Of a DNA stretch of 32,724 nucleotides, positions 17,555 through 26,949 are shown in pieces. This stretch comes from Hydrogenothermus sp. (GTDB taxonomy: Bacteria; Aquificota; Aquificia; Aquificales; Hydrogenothermaceae), in assembly GCA_003978675.1 (NCBI GenBank), contig QNYP01000031.1, forward strand, positions 1 to 32,724, given 5' to 3'. The translations under genes were made by a program, and so were the position numbers. Numbering within the stretch: position 1 is the first letter of the stretch; every line of letters begins with the position of its first letter. The notes under the pieces are model-generated. The model saw only the letters and a program-made list of their open reading frames with translations, made no database searches and was not told where the DNA came from.

Positions 17555-18553
17555 TTAACAAATCCTTGGCAATAATTCTCCAGCAGGAGGTTCCATAATT
17601 CGTTTTGAACCGTAAGGAGATTTCAATATTACTTTTCCTTTATAGTCAGATATAACCCTTCCTATAATTTCTGAATTTTTACCTAACTCATTATTTCTCA
17701 TAACTTCTAAAGTTCTTTCTGCTTCCTTTTCAGGAACAGCTATTACTAATTTACCTTCATTTGCTAAGGTATAAGGTTCTAACCCTAAAAGTTCACAAAG
17801 GCCTTGAACTTCAGATTTTACAGGAATTTTTTCCTCTTCTACTTCTATTCCTATACTTGACTGCTGCGCCCATTCATTTAGAACTGCAGAAAGCCCGCCT
17901 CTTGTCGGGTCTCTCATGGCTTTTATAGTTATCCCAGCATTTATTAAATCTTCAACTAATGACCATAGAGAAGCACAATCAGAAGATAAATTTCCTTCTA
18001 TTTCTATTTCCTCTCTTTGAGCCATTATGCAGGCTCCATGGTCTCCAATAGTTCCAGAAACAAGTATTACATCTCCTTCATTTATATTATGGGCAGATAT
18101 TCCTTCGTAAATAACTTCTCCTATTCCTGTTGTATTTATAAATATTTTGTCTGCTGAGCCTTTTGGAACTACTTTGGTATCTCCTGTTGTTATTTGAACA
18201 CCTGTTTTTTTCATTTCTTCAGCCATAGATTTAACAATTTTTTCTAAGTCTTCAAAAGAAAATCCCTCTTCTATAATAAATGAACAGCTTAAATATTTAG
18301 GTTTTGCTCCCATCATTGAAATATCATTTACAGTTCCTGCAATAGCAAGTTTTCCAATATTTCCACCTTTAAAAAAGATTGGAGATACTGTAAAACTATC
18401 TGTTGTAAAGGCAATTTTTGAGTTTACGTTTAAAATTGATGCATCTTCCATTTTTTCTAAAATTGGATTTGAAAAGTACCTGAAAAACAATTCTTTAATA
18501 AGTTTTTGTGTTTCTTCTCCACCACCACCGTGTGATAGGAGTATATTTTTCAT
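17555..18553 (-). CDS. hypE: Carbamoyl dehydratase HypE
   Basis: SHGGGG, TTDSF, GTVND, RDPTRGG, C-terminal LPRIC. Confidence 0.98.
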   Translation of the reverse strand: MKNILLSHGGGGEETQKLIKELFFRYFSNPILEKMEDASILNVNSKIAFTTDSFTVSPIFFKGGNIGKLAIAGTVNDISMMGAKPKYLSCSFIIEEGFSFEDLEKIVKSMAEEMKKTGVQITTGDTKVVPKGSADKIFINTTGIGEVIYEGISAHNINEGDVILVSGTIGDHGACIMAQREEIEIEGNLSSDCASLWSLVEDLINAGITIKAMRDPTRGGLSAVLNEWAQQSSIGIEVEEEKIPVKSEVQGLCELLGLEPYTLANEGKLVIAVPEKEAERTLEVMRNNELGKNSEIIGRVISDYKGKVILKSPYGSKRIMEPPAGELLPRIC

Positions 18554-18579
18554 TGGGAAAACCTCGTTTTTAATTAATA

Positions 18580-19692
18580 TTAAACTAGCTCTAACTTTCC
18601 ATACTTATAATACGCAGAACAAGCTCCTTCTGATGATACCATACAAGAACCTAGAGGATTTTGAGGAGTACAAGCTGTTCCAAAAACTTTACAGTCGTAG
18701 GGTTTAGCTACTCCTTTTAATATATCTCCGCAAATGCATAATTTATGGTCGTCAATAGGTTCATTCGGTAATATATCAGCAAAAACTTTCTCTGCATCTA
18801 AGTCTGCATATTCATCTTTTAGTTTTAATGCGGAATATGGAATGTCTCCAACACCTCTCCATCTAAAAACTTCCCGTGGCTCTAAATATTTGTTTATCAT
18901 TTCTTGAGCTTTGATATTTCCCTCCCAAGATACAGCTCTTTTGTATTGAATTTCTACTTCTCTTCTGTTTTCTTTAAATTGACGAATTATCCACAAGATA
19001 CTTTCCATAATATCAACTGGTTCAAATCCTGCCACCACAACAGGAGTTTTGTATAAATCAACAATTTCTTTGTAAATTTTTGCACCTGCTATAACTGAAA
19101 CATGGGAAGGTCCTATAAAGGCATCTATTTTAGCTTCTCCGCTATCCATTATTGCTTTAATAGGAGGAGGAACTAAAACATGGTTTATATGGAAGTAGAC
19201 ATTTTTTATATTTTCCTTTACGACCCTTTCTATTAATGCTGTTGTCATTGGCGTTGTAGTCTCAAAACCTATTGCAAAGTATATAACCCTTTTATCTGGG
19301 TTTTCTTTTGCTATTTTTAAGACATCAAAAGGGGCATAGACCATCTTTATGTTTTTTCCTCTTGCTCTTTCCTTTTGAAGAGAACTTTTAGAACCAGGAA
19401 CTCTAATCATATCTCCAAGAGTAGCGACTATATTATTTTCATCTTGAGCTAAGGCTATAGCATGGTCTATTCTTTCTTTAGGCATTATACATACAGGGCA
19501 ACCAGGACCATGGATGAAATCTATTTCTTCAGGTAGTAGTTGCTTTAGCCCATACTTCATTATAGTATGAGTATGTCCACCACAAACTTCCATAATATTT
19601 ATATTTCTGTCAACTTCTTTTTGTATTAATTTAGCTAATGCTTGTATTCTTTTTGAATCTCTAAAATCTTTTATATAATCTATATTAGACAT
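18580..19692 (-). CDS. hypD: Hydrogenase maturation protein HypD
   Basis: MEVCGGHT, GPGCPVC, GFETT, CMVSSEGAC. Confidence 0.98.
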   Translation of the reverse strand: MSNIDYIKDFRDSKRIQALAKLIQKEVDRNINIMEVCGGHTHTIMKYGLKQLLPEEIDFIHGPGCPVCIMPKERIDHAIALAQDENNIVATLGDMIRVPGSKSSLQKERARGKNIKMVYAPFDVLKIAKENPDKRVIYFAIGFETTTPMTTALIERVVKENIKNVYFHINHVLVPPPIKAIMDSGEAKIDAFIGPSHVSVIAGAKIYKEIVDLYKTPVVVAGFEPVDIMESILWIIRQFKENRREVEIQYKRAVSWEGNIKAQEMINKYLEPREVFRWRGVGDIPYSALKLKDEYADLDAEKVFADILPNEPIDDHKLCICGDILKGVAKPYDCKVFGTACTPQNPLGSCMVSSEGACSAYYKYGKLELV

Positions 19693-19710
19693 GATAATCC
19701 TCCTAAAGCA

Positions 19711-20145
19711 TTATTCTTTCTCCTCTAGTTTTTTCATTAATATAGTTAAGCTTATTCTTAGTCTTTCTATGGAATCCTGTAAAACTCCAAGTTCATCTTT
19801 CCTATTAACCTTTATCTCATTTTCTAAGTTGCCTTTAGATATTTCTTCGATATGAAATATAACCTTATCTAACGGTTCTATAATTTCTCTACCTATAAGT
19901 ATATATGTCATAATAATAATGATAATACTTGCAAATAATAAAAATAATGAAACCATTATAGAAGCTATAAATGGATTGTTCTTGGCAAAATTTAGTAAGT
20001 CTAAAAGCATATTTTCAAAACTTTGATTAGAGAAAAGAAAATAGAAAACTATTATGGAAATTATAAAGGTTATAATAGCTCCTACGGTGGTTATAAATAG
20101 GAACTTATTTGCTAGTTTTTTCTCAGTATCTTTTAATAATTCCAT
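19711..20145 (-). CDS. Small 2-TM HAMP-domain protein with no output domain
   Basis: Two TMs, then IIEPL...ISKGNL...DELGVLQDSIERLR, stop 13 residues later. Confidence 0.85.
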   Translation of the reverse strand: MELLKDTEKKLANKFLFITTVGAIITFIISIIVFYFLFSNQSFENMLLDLLNFAKNNPFIASIMVSLFLLFASIIIIIMTYILIGREIIEPLDKVIFHIEEISKGNLENEIKVNRKDELGVLQDSIERLRISLTILMKKLEEKE

Positions 20146-20163
20146 CCTTTTCCCCTCTTTATT

Positions 20164-20415
20164 TTAATAATCTTTTAATTTTTCTTCTTCTTCTATACTT
20201 TTCAAAATTTCCTCATATACTTTTAAACTTTCAAGGGCATCTTCTTCTCGCATTTTTGTCATTGCGTATCCTACATGTATTAAAACATAATCTCCAACTT
20301 CTACAGGCTCAGGCATAAGGTCTAAAGATACTTTTCTTTTTACTCCCATTGTATCTACAATTGCATAATTATCAGGCAAAATTTCTACTATTTTAGACGG
20401 TATTGAAAGGCACAT
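20164..20415 (-). CDS. hypC: Hydrogenase chaperone HypC
   Basis: MCLSIP, VGDYVLIHVGYA. Confidence 0.98.
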   Translation of the reverse strand: MCLSIPSKIVEILPDNYAIVDTMGVKRKVSLDLMPEPVEVGDYVLIHVGYAMTKMREEDALESLKVYEEILKSIEEEEKLKDY

Positions 20416-20427
20416 TTTTAGTCCTCC

Positions 20428-22542
20428 TTAAATAAATATTCCTCCAAATGCTATGTTTTGCTTGTCTATAGGAAGTTTTCTATTTGTAATAATACTGTAA
20501 TTTCCTCCAAAGTGTTTTAAAAATCTTCCTGTTAATACTGGATTTGAAAAGAAATTTCCACAAATGGCTATATTCTTAAGTTTTAATTTGTCCATAATTT
20601 TTGCACTTTCTTCTTTTAATCTATTTCCTAAGCTCTCAAAAATAGAGAAGGCTATCATATCATTTTCTACACCAGCAATTTTATAAGATAAAACACTTTG
20701 AATAGTTTTTATCCAGTCAAAATAAAATGTTCCATTTTCTTCTTCTAAAACAAAGTCTACTATAAGCCCTTGATTACCTGTAAAATTTAGAGATTTGCTT
20801 TGTAGATATAAGTATGGTTCTTCAAAAAAGTTTGCTTTATCTTTTGGGAAAATATCTATTAAATAGGCTATAAGATTGAAAATGTGCGTTAAACTATTTA
20901 TGGTTTTCTTTTTAGCATCTTCTTGTGGTTTTTGTATTTTTTCTTTAATATCAGGGAAGTTCTTAATAAAGTTATTTACAAGTCTTTTTCCTTCTTCTGA
21001 GTTTTCTTTTATTGCTTCTAAAATCCAATATGCATCATTTTGTAGATTTCCAAAAGTTATAGAAGGTTTTATCCATATAACAGGTTTTAATTTTTCATTA
21101 AATCTTTTAACTGCAATGACATCTTGGTTTGCATAATAAGAAAAGTATATTCCAACTGTTCCTTCTTCAAATTTGTTGTGTTCAGCAATGACGGATAGAA
21201 TTGCCCCTTCATATGCTTTAAATGGTTTTTTGTTTTTATATTTGACTTTTATATCTTCAAATTCTCCATTTAGAATGTTTACATTGTTTAATTTATCTAC
21301 GAAATCTTCAAGTTGTAGTAGGATTTTTTCCTTTCTATCTATTAAATATTCACCATTTCCTAAATCTAAAACTGCAAATTTATCGGCAACTGCTAGATTA
21401 CCAGTCTTTTTGGAACTTATTATATTAGGTAAAATTCCCTTCTCACCTTCTTTTATTAGTATATTCCCTTGAGCTACAAAGACATAAGTATCTTCTTGCT
21501 TATTTATAACTGGAAGATCAACTTCAAGATGAAAATCTGTAATATCTTGGTTGTCAACACTATCCACAACAAAAATGTAATTAATTCCTTTATCTGATAA
21601 ATGTTTAGCTAAAAGTATCAATATAGGTTCATCAGGTAATTTTATGTTTATAAAACCTTCAGCAAAACTAACAAGGCTTTTTTCTGGAAAGTCTTTAACT
21701 TGAGCTATTAAAACAGGTTTTTCTTGAGAGGCTAAAGCTTTAACTTCTGTATCTGTTAGGTAAGCTATCTGGTTTAATACTTGTGGATTTGTTATTAAAA
21801 CTGTAATAGGTTTACCTTTTAATATGTTTGAAATTTTTTCTATATTTTCCTCTGTTATTTTCCCAACAAGTTTTTTTCCATTTGTTGTATATATTTCTAG
21901 TATGTTTCCTCTGTCAATAACCCCAGCTACAGAGTTAAATGCACTAAAACATTTTTCTCCATCAAATGCGTATTTCTCATGTTCACCCTTTTTTAAATAA
22001 AGTGGAGTTAGACATTCAAAACAAGAGTTTAGTGGATACTCTCCTTCGCTTTGACAATTTTCACACCTTTGAAAGAACTTAAAAACTGTATTTTCTCTTT
22101 GCAAAGGATATTTATATAAATAAGAATAATGACTACCACAATACTCACAAGATATAAACGGATAGTAAAATTTCCTGTCTTCAGGATTAAATAACTTTTC
22201 TAAACAAGAAGGACAGGTTGATAAATTTTGAGGTAGAACATTTAAATTAGCATGTATTTTAAACTCATCTTTTAATTTTTCAGGTATATTGTCAATATTG
22301 GTAATATTGGCCTGTTCCATAAATATAGAAAGAGGTAATTTTTTCCCTAGTTCATCTAAAAATTTTTCCACATTTTCTAAATTACCATCTATATAAATGA
22401 TTACCTTATCATTTTCTCTTTTTAAAACTCCCTTAACACCTATCTTATCTGAAATATCTTTTATAAACCTAAATATATTTTCATTTCCTGACGAGAAACC
22501 AAATTCTATCTTTAATTTAATTGTGTTTATAGTTTTCATCAC
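20428..22542 (-). CDS. hydE: Degenerate HypF paralogue (HydE-like)
   Basis: STCPSC, YYPFISCEYCG, CENC, CFEC zinc fingers and a HypF-like C-terminus, without the catalytic motifs; located after hydD. Confidence 0.7.
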   Translation of the reverse strand: MMKTINTIKLKIEFGFSSGNENIFRFIKDISDKIGVKGVLKRENDKVIIYIDGNLENVEKFLDELGKKLPLSIFMEQANITNIDNIPEKLKDEFKIHANLNVLPQNLSTCPSCLEKLFNPEDRKFYYPFISCEYCGSHYSYLYKYPLQRENTVFKFFQRCENCQSEGEYPLNSCFECLTPLYLKKGEHEKYAFDGEKCFSAFNSVAGVIDRGNILEIYTTNGKKLVGKITEENIEKISNILKGKPITVLITNPQVLNQIAYLTDTEVKALASQEKPVLIAQVKDFPEKSLVSFAEGFINIKLPDEPILILLAKHLSDKGINYIFVVDSVDNQDITDFHLEVDLPVINKQEDTYVFVAQGNILIKEGEKGILPNIISSKKTGNLAVADKFAVLDLGNGEYLIDRKEKILLQLEDFVDKLNNVNILNGEFEDIKVKYKNKKPFKAYEGAILSVIAEHNKFEEGTVGIYFSYYANQDVIAVKRFNEKLKPVIWIKPSITFGNLQNDAYWILEAIKENSEEGKRLVNNFIKNFPDIKEKIQKPQEDAKKKTINSLTHIFNLIAYLIDIFPKDKANFFEEPYLYLQSKSLNFTGNQGLIVDFVLEEENGTFYFDWIKTIQSVLSYKIAGVENDMIAFSIFESLGNRLKEESAKIMDKLKLKNIAICGNFFSNPVLTGRFLKHFGGNYSIITNRKLPIDKQNIAFGGIFI

Positions 22543-23098
22543 TTATCCTCTCTCTTACAAGTTTTCCATTGTAAGAGCCAAAATGTTTTATTACTACATC
22601 TGGCAATGGTAGGTTATTTATTTTTTTATACCTTATACCTAATTTTTCAAGTTCTTTTAATATTTGATATACAGCTGTTTTAAATCCTTCATTTTCTAAA
22701 GGAGGAGTTAGACCTATTTCTGACATACATATGTTTTCTGGAACTATTCCAATAATTATAGTATCTGCTCTTTTACCTTTTAATGCAGTAAGTTCTAGCA
22801 TTTGAAGAACTTCAACTTCATGAGCAGTTTGATGATATGAACCTATACCTGCTAAGTCCTCTGCAGTTAGCCTAAAAACAGAACCAGGTTTATCTTTTAT
22901 GGATATTGTATCTACCAGAATAATATAATCATAATCTTCAAGATACTCCATTAACCTAAAACCGAGGGTTCCAGCATCAATTAAATCAACATCTTGAGTA
23001 AATTCATAGTTTTCCTGTAGGTACTTTACGATAAAGACACCTATACCTTCATCTTTAAAAAGAATATTTCCTACACCTACTATTCCAATTTTTTTCAT
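22517..23098 (-). CDS. hydD: Hydrogenase maturation endopeptidase
   Basis: GVGNILFKDEGIG, DAGT, TAHEV. Confidence 0.95.
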   Translation of the reverse strand: MKKIGIVGVGNILFKDEGIGVFIVKYLQENYEFTQDVDLIDAGTLGFRLMEYLEDYDYIILVDTISIKDKPGSVFRLTAEDLAGIGSYHQTAHEVEVLQMLELTALKGKRADTIIIGIVPENICMSEIGLTPPLENEGFKTAVYQILKELEKLGIRYKKINNLPLPDVVIKHFGSYNGKLVRERISDENYKHN

Positions 23099-23112
23099 GA
23101 TTTCCTCTCTTT

Positions 23113-23145
23113 AAAAAAGAAAAAAGGGCAAAAGGAGGCAAGCCC
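23113..23145 (-). terminator. Weak intrinsic terminator/attenuator between hydC and hydD
   Basis: Minus strand GGGC-ttgcctcctttt-GCCC followed by T6-C-T6. Confidence 0.5.
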
Positions 23146-23176
23146 ATGAGATTTTTTATATATTCTAAAAATATGC

Positions 23177-23878
23177 TTATACTTGTTCTTTAGGTTGTTT
23201 TTTGAACTTATAACCGCCAAAAACAATACCTATATCACCTTCTTTCCAGAAGATTGTTCTCCATACTTGATAATATATATGGAATGCAACCCATGACAAT
23301 ATTAACCACATTGTAAAGTGATGCCACCATCTTACCCCAGCATGTCCTCCTAATAACCATCCTACCCAATCTGTAGCAAGATGAAGTAATGCAGGCCACC
23401 ATCTACCAATTGCAGACTCTCCACTTTCAAGCCCTTGAACATACATGTAAAATCCTGTAAATAACATCCATAAGAGAAGTAGATGAAGAACTGTAAAGTA
23501 AACGGCATTAAAGCTATCTAAATGAGTACTATCAAAATTCTTTCTTCTGTTTAAAGTTATTAAGTTTAAGAAAACTTCCCAAAACTCCTTGAGATTCTGC
23601 TTAGTAGGTATTACCTTCTTGTAAACCTTTTCAAATCTACTTGCAAAGTACAAGTAGAAAATAACAATAGATACAACATCAAGTAAAAGAGCAGCAAAGA
23701 AATGAAATAGCCTATTATAAGCCATAACATACTTATGTGCTGCTGGTTCAGCAATAAAGGATTGAAAAAATGGATTTGCAATATAAAGTCCTGTTATAAC
23801 TGCTGTTATTATTGAAAATACATTTACCCAATGAATAATTCTCATTGTTGCAGTCATTCTTTTAACTTTCTCATACAT
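23177..23878 (-). CDS. hydC: Ni/Fe-hydrogenase cytochrome b subunit
   Basis: RIIHW, RLFHF, RWWHH, AFHIY heme-ligand His in a 4-TM protein. Confidence 0.93.
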   Translation of the reverse strand: MYEKVKRMTATMRIIHWVNVFSIITAVITGLYIANPFFQSFIAEPAAHKYVMAYNRLFHFFAALLLDVVSIVIFYLYFASRFEKVYKKVIPTKQNLKEFWEVFLNLITLNRRKNFDSTHLDSFNAVYFTVLHLLLLWMLFTGFYMYVQGLESGESAIGRWWPALLHLATDWVGWLLGGHAGVRWWHHFTMWLILSWVAFHIYYQVWRTIFWKEGDIGIVFGGYKFKKQPKEQV

Positions 23879-25610
23879 TGCAAAGACCTCCTATAGGCTC
23901 AACTTTATAAACGCCTAATTCTTTGCCTTTTGTATCTATAATATGAACTGCGCAAGCAATACATGGGTCAAATGAGTGAACAGTTCTTAATATTTCTACT
24001 GGTTGATGAGGATCAACAACTACAGTATTGCTTGTTATTGCAGCTTCATAAGCTCCCATTCTTCCTTTATAATCTCTTGGAGCTGCATTCCATGTTGATG
24101 GAACTACTGCCTGATAATTTGCAATTTTCCCATCTACTATTCTTATCCAGTGTCCTAAAGCTCCCCTTGGCGCTTCTTCAAGACCGTATCCTTTTAGTTC
24201 TTTTCCTTTTGTTAATTCGTCATAATCAAATTCTGTCCATGTTGATAAGTCTCCATGTGCACAATTAGATGCTAGCTCGTCTGCCCATACCATCATCATA
24301 TCAGCCATTAACCAAGTTTCAATTGCTCTTGCAGCAGTTCTTCCAACAGTAGAGAAAAGTGCTTTTGGAGGTAATCCTGCAAGTTTTAATGCTTTATCTA
24401 CATAAGATTTTATTCTTTCATCTCCCGCTGCATATCCAACAACCATTCTTGCAAGAGGACCAACTTCAACTCTTGTATCATCATAAATTGGAGATTTTAT
24501 CCATGAGTATTTTTCTTCAACTTTTAAAAGACCATGTTCATCAAATCCTGTGTATTTTGGATTTGTTTGTCCATCCCATGGGTGAAGTGGTTTATCAGTT
24601 CCTTCATATTCATACCAACTATGAGTCACGTCTTCTGCAACTTTTTCTTGGTCAAAAGGTATTACTTTTGATAAATCTTTATTTAAAACTACTCCTGATG
24701 GGAATAAAGTTTTTCCTTGATACATAGGATTATCATCTAGTCTAAATCCACCATAAGCAAGGTAATTTCCAAGTCCTGCTCCAACACCATTTAAAGCTTC
24801 ATCTTTATAAACTTCTGCAGCCATAATAATATCAGGAATATATGCTCTTAGTATAAAATCTCTTGATTTTCTCAATAATTCCTTAAACAGTTCATGTCTT
24901 GATTGGTCTTGTAAATCCCTTACACAAGTTACTCCACCAACAACTATTGATTGTGGATGTGGGTTTTTACCTCCCCAAACTGCCATCATTTGAGCCATCC
25001 ATCTTTGAGCTTCTAAAGCATCAAGGTAGTGAGTAGTTGCTATGAGATTTTGTTCTGGAGAAAATTTATATGCTTTATTACCCCAATAAGCATTAGCAAA
25101 AGGTCCGAGTCTTCCACCTTCTACAAATTTTTTGAGTCTTTCTTGAACAGCTTTATATCTATTTGGAGAATTGTTCCAAGGATTTTCTGAATAATTTTCT
25201 GCTATTTTAGCAGCTTTGTAAGGGTCAGCTTTTAGTGCAGAAACAATATCAACCCAGTCTAATGCATGAAGATGATAGAAGTGAACTACGTGGTCATGTA
25301 AATATAATGACCCTTGAATAAGGTTTCTAACTAGTCTTGCATTTTTAGGGATTGTTATTCCAAGTGCATGTTCTGCAGCTTCAATACTTCTTTGGTAGTG
25401 AGTTCCAGTACAAACTCCACATATTCTCATTGCCATAAGACCACAGTCTCTAGCATCTCTTCCTTTTAAAATTGTCTCAATTCCCCTCCACATAGTAGAG
25501 GAGCTGTAAGCATCAACAATTCTATTATTTTCATCTATAACGACTTCTATTCTTAAATGTCCTTCAATTCTTGTAATTGGGTCTATTACTATTCTTTCTT
25601 TTGTAGCCAT
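23871..25610 (-). CDS. hydB: Group 1 (1b-like) [NiFe]-hydrogenase large subunit
   Basis: DPITRIEGHL, RICGVC, DPCIACAVH plus a C-terminal extension. Confidence 0.96.
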   Translation of the reverse strand: MATKERIVIDPITRIEGHLRIEVVIDENNRIVDAYSSSTMWRGIETILKGRDARDCGLMAMRICGVCTGTHYQRSIEAAEHALGITIPKNARLVRNLIQGSLYLHDHVVHFYHLHALDWVDIVSALKADPYKAAKIAENYSENPWNNSPNRYKAVQERLKKFVEGGRLGPFANAYWGNKAYKFSPEQNLIATTHYLDALEAQRWMAQMMAVWGGKNPHPQSIVVGGVTCVRDLQDQSRHELFKELLRKSRDFILRAYIPDIIMAAEVYKDEALNGVGAGLGNYLAYGGFRLDDNPMYQGKTLFPSGVVLNKDLSKVIPFDQEKVAEDVTHSWYEYEGTDKPLHPWDGQTNPKYTGFDEHGLLKVEEKYSWIKSPIYDDTRVEVGPLARMVVGYAAGDERIKSYVDKALKLAGLPPKALFSTVGRTAARAIETWLMADMMMVWADELASNCAHGDLSTWTEFDYDELTKGKELKGYGLEEAPRGALGHWIRIVDGKIANYQAVVPSTWNAAPRDYKGRMGAYEAAITSNTVVVDPHQPVEILRTVHSFDPCIACAVHIIDTKGKELGVYKVEPIGGLCNV

Positions 25611-25623
25611 CTATTTTTACCTC

Positions 25624-26865
25624 CTATTGGTTATTTTCATCGCTTTTTTTACCAGCAACTAAACTTGCAACAGCATGGGCTCCTATACCTATTACTGTTG
25701 CAGTTAATATTCCAAGACCTACTTGGTCAACAGTAGATTCTACACCATTTAGCCCTGGAGGCCTTATATTAGATGCAGCTAAAGGTCTTTCTGTTGCATA
25801 TTTATCCCAGAAATCTGGTTCTGAACATCCAATACAACCTCTTCCTATTCCAATAGGCCAGTTAGTTCCATCATTGTATCTAACTATTGAACAGTTATTG
25901 AATGTGAAAGGTCCTTTACATCCCATTTTGTAGAGACAGAAGTTATTTTTAGCACCTTCATCTCCCCATTCTTCAACGAATTCACCAGCATCAAAGTGTG
26001 CTCTTCTTTCACAGTTATCATGAATTCTATATCCAAAAGCAAATTTAGGTCTTAATAATGAATCTAATTCTGGTAATTCTCCAGTTAGAACATAATGCAT
26101 AATAACTCCAACCATGTTTGTTGGATTAGCAGGACATGCAGGAATATTCACTATAGGTTTTCCTTTAACAACATCCATAACGCCTACCGCTCCTGTAGGG
26201 TTAGGATAAGCTGCTGGAATTCCACCAAATGCAGCACAGGCACCTACTGCAATAACTGCAGCTGCATCTTTAGCAAGCCTTTGAACCCTTTCAACTCCTG
26301 TTTCAGGATGTCTTCCTATTGTAAATGCTTCTGGCATTCCAACAGGAATAGAACCTTCAACAAATAATAGATATTTACCTTTAAAGTCATGAACTGCTTT
26401 CTCTAAAGCTTCTTCAGCTTGATCACCTGCAGCAGCCATTAATGTTTCATGATACTCTAATGATAAATACTCAAGAATTAGCTCATCTACAGTAGGAGCA
26501 GATGAACGAAGTAAAGCTTCTGAGTTACCATCACAGTCCTGTATATTTATCCATATTACAGGAACTCTATTCATAACCTCTGCAGCTTCAGCTACAAGTG
26601 GTTCAAAATTTGGAGGAAGCATAAGAAGTGCCGTTGTTGCAGATACCCACTTTAAAAAGTCCCTTCTTGATAACTCCCACATATCAAGCATTTTTTCAAA
26701 CTTTATATCGGCCTCCCTAACAGGAGACATTGCTTTCAGCTCATCGAGCCTTTTTCTCATTTTTTCGTAGAGAGCTTTGTAATATGCCTCTCCACGATTA
26801 GTATTTATATAGTTGGTAGGTTTTGTAAAGACGCTTCTAAGATGTTCTCTGCTAAAAAACTGCAT
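25624..26865 (-). CDS. hydA: Group 1 (1b-like) [NiFe]-hydrogenase small subunit, Tat-exported, C-terminal TM anchor
   Basis: SRRDFLKW, CDGNSE, IHDNCERR, CLYKMGCKGP, GCIGC. Confidence 0.96.
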   Translation of the reverse strand: MQFFSREHLRSVFTKPTNYINTNRGEAYYKALYEKMRKRLDELKAMSPVREADIKFEKMLDMWELSRRDFLKWVSATTALLMLPPNFEPLVAEAAEVMNRVPVIWINIQDCDGNSEALLRSSAPTVDELILEYLSLEYHETLMAAAGDQAEEALEKAVHDFKGKYLLFVEGSIPVGMPEAFTIGRHPETGVERVQRLAKDAAAVIAVGACAAFGGIPAAYPNPTGAVGVMDVVKGKPIVNIPACPANPTNMVGVIMHYVLTGELPELDSLLRPKFAFGYRIHDNCERRAHFDAGEFVEEWGDEGAKNNFCLYKMGCKGPFTFNNCSIVRYNDGTNWPIGIGRGCIGCSEPDFWDKYATERPLAASNIRPPGLNGVESTVDQVGLGILTATVIGIGAHAVASLVAGKKSDENNQ

Positions 26866-26877
26866 TTCAACCCTCCT

Positions 26878-26928
26878 AATGAATAATCATTCACTAATAA
26901 TATTGAATGAATATTTTTTCATTGTCAA
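26878..26928 (-). promoter_or_regulatory. hydA promoter region with two operator copies (sites 3a, 3b)
   Basis: AATGAAT-aatc-ATTCACT at 26878-26895 abutting the SD; degenerate AATGAAT-attt-TTTCATT at 26906-26923 abutting TTGACA (26928-26923); -10 imperfect. Confidence 0.7.
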
Positions 26929-26949
26929 GCCCTTAAAGAAATTTTTCTA

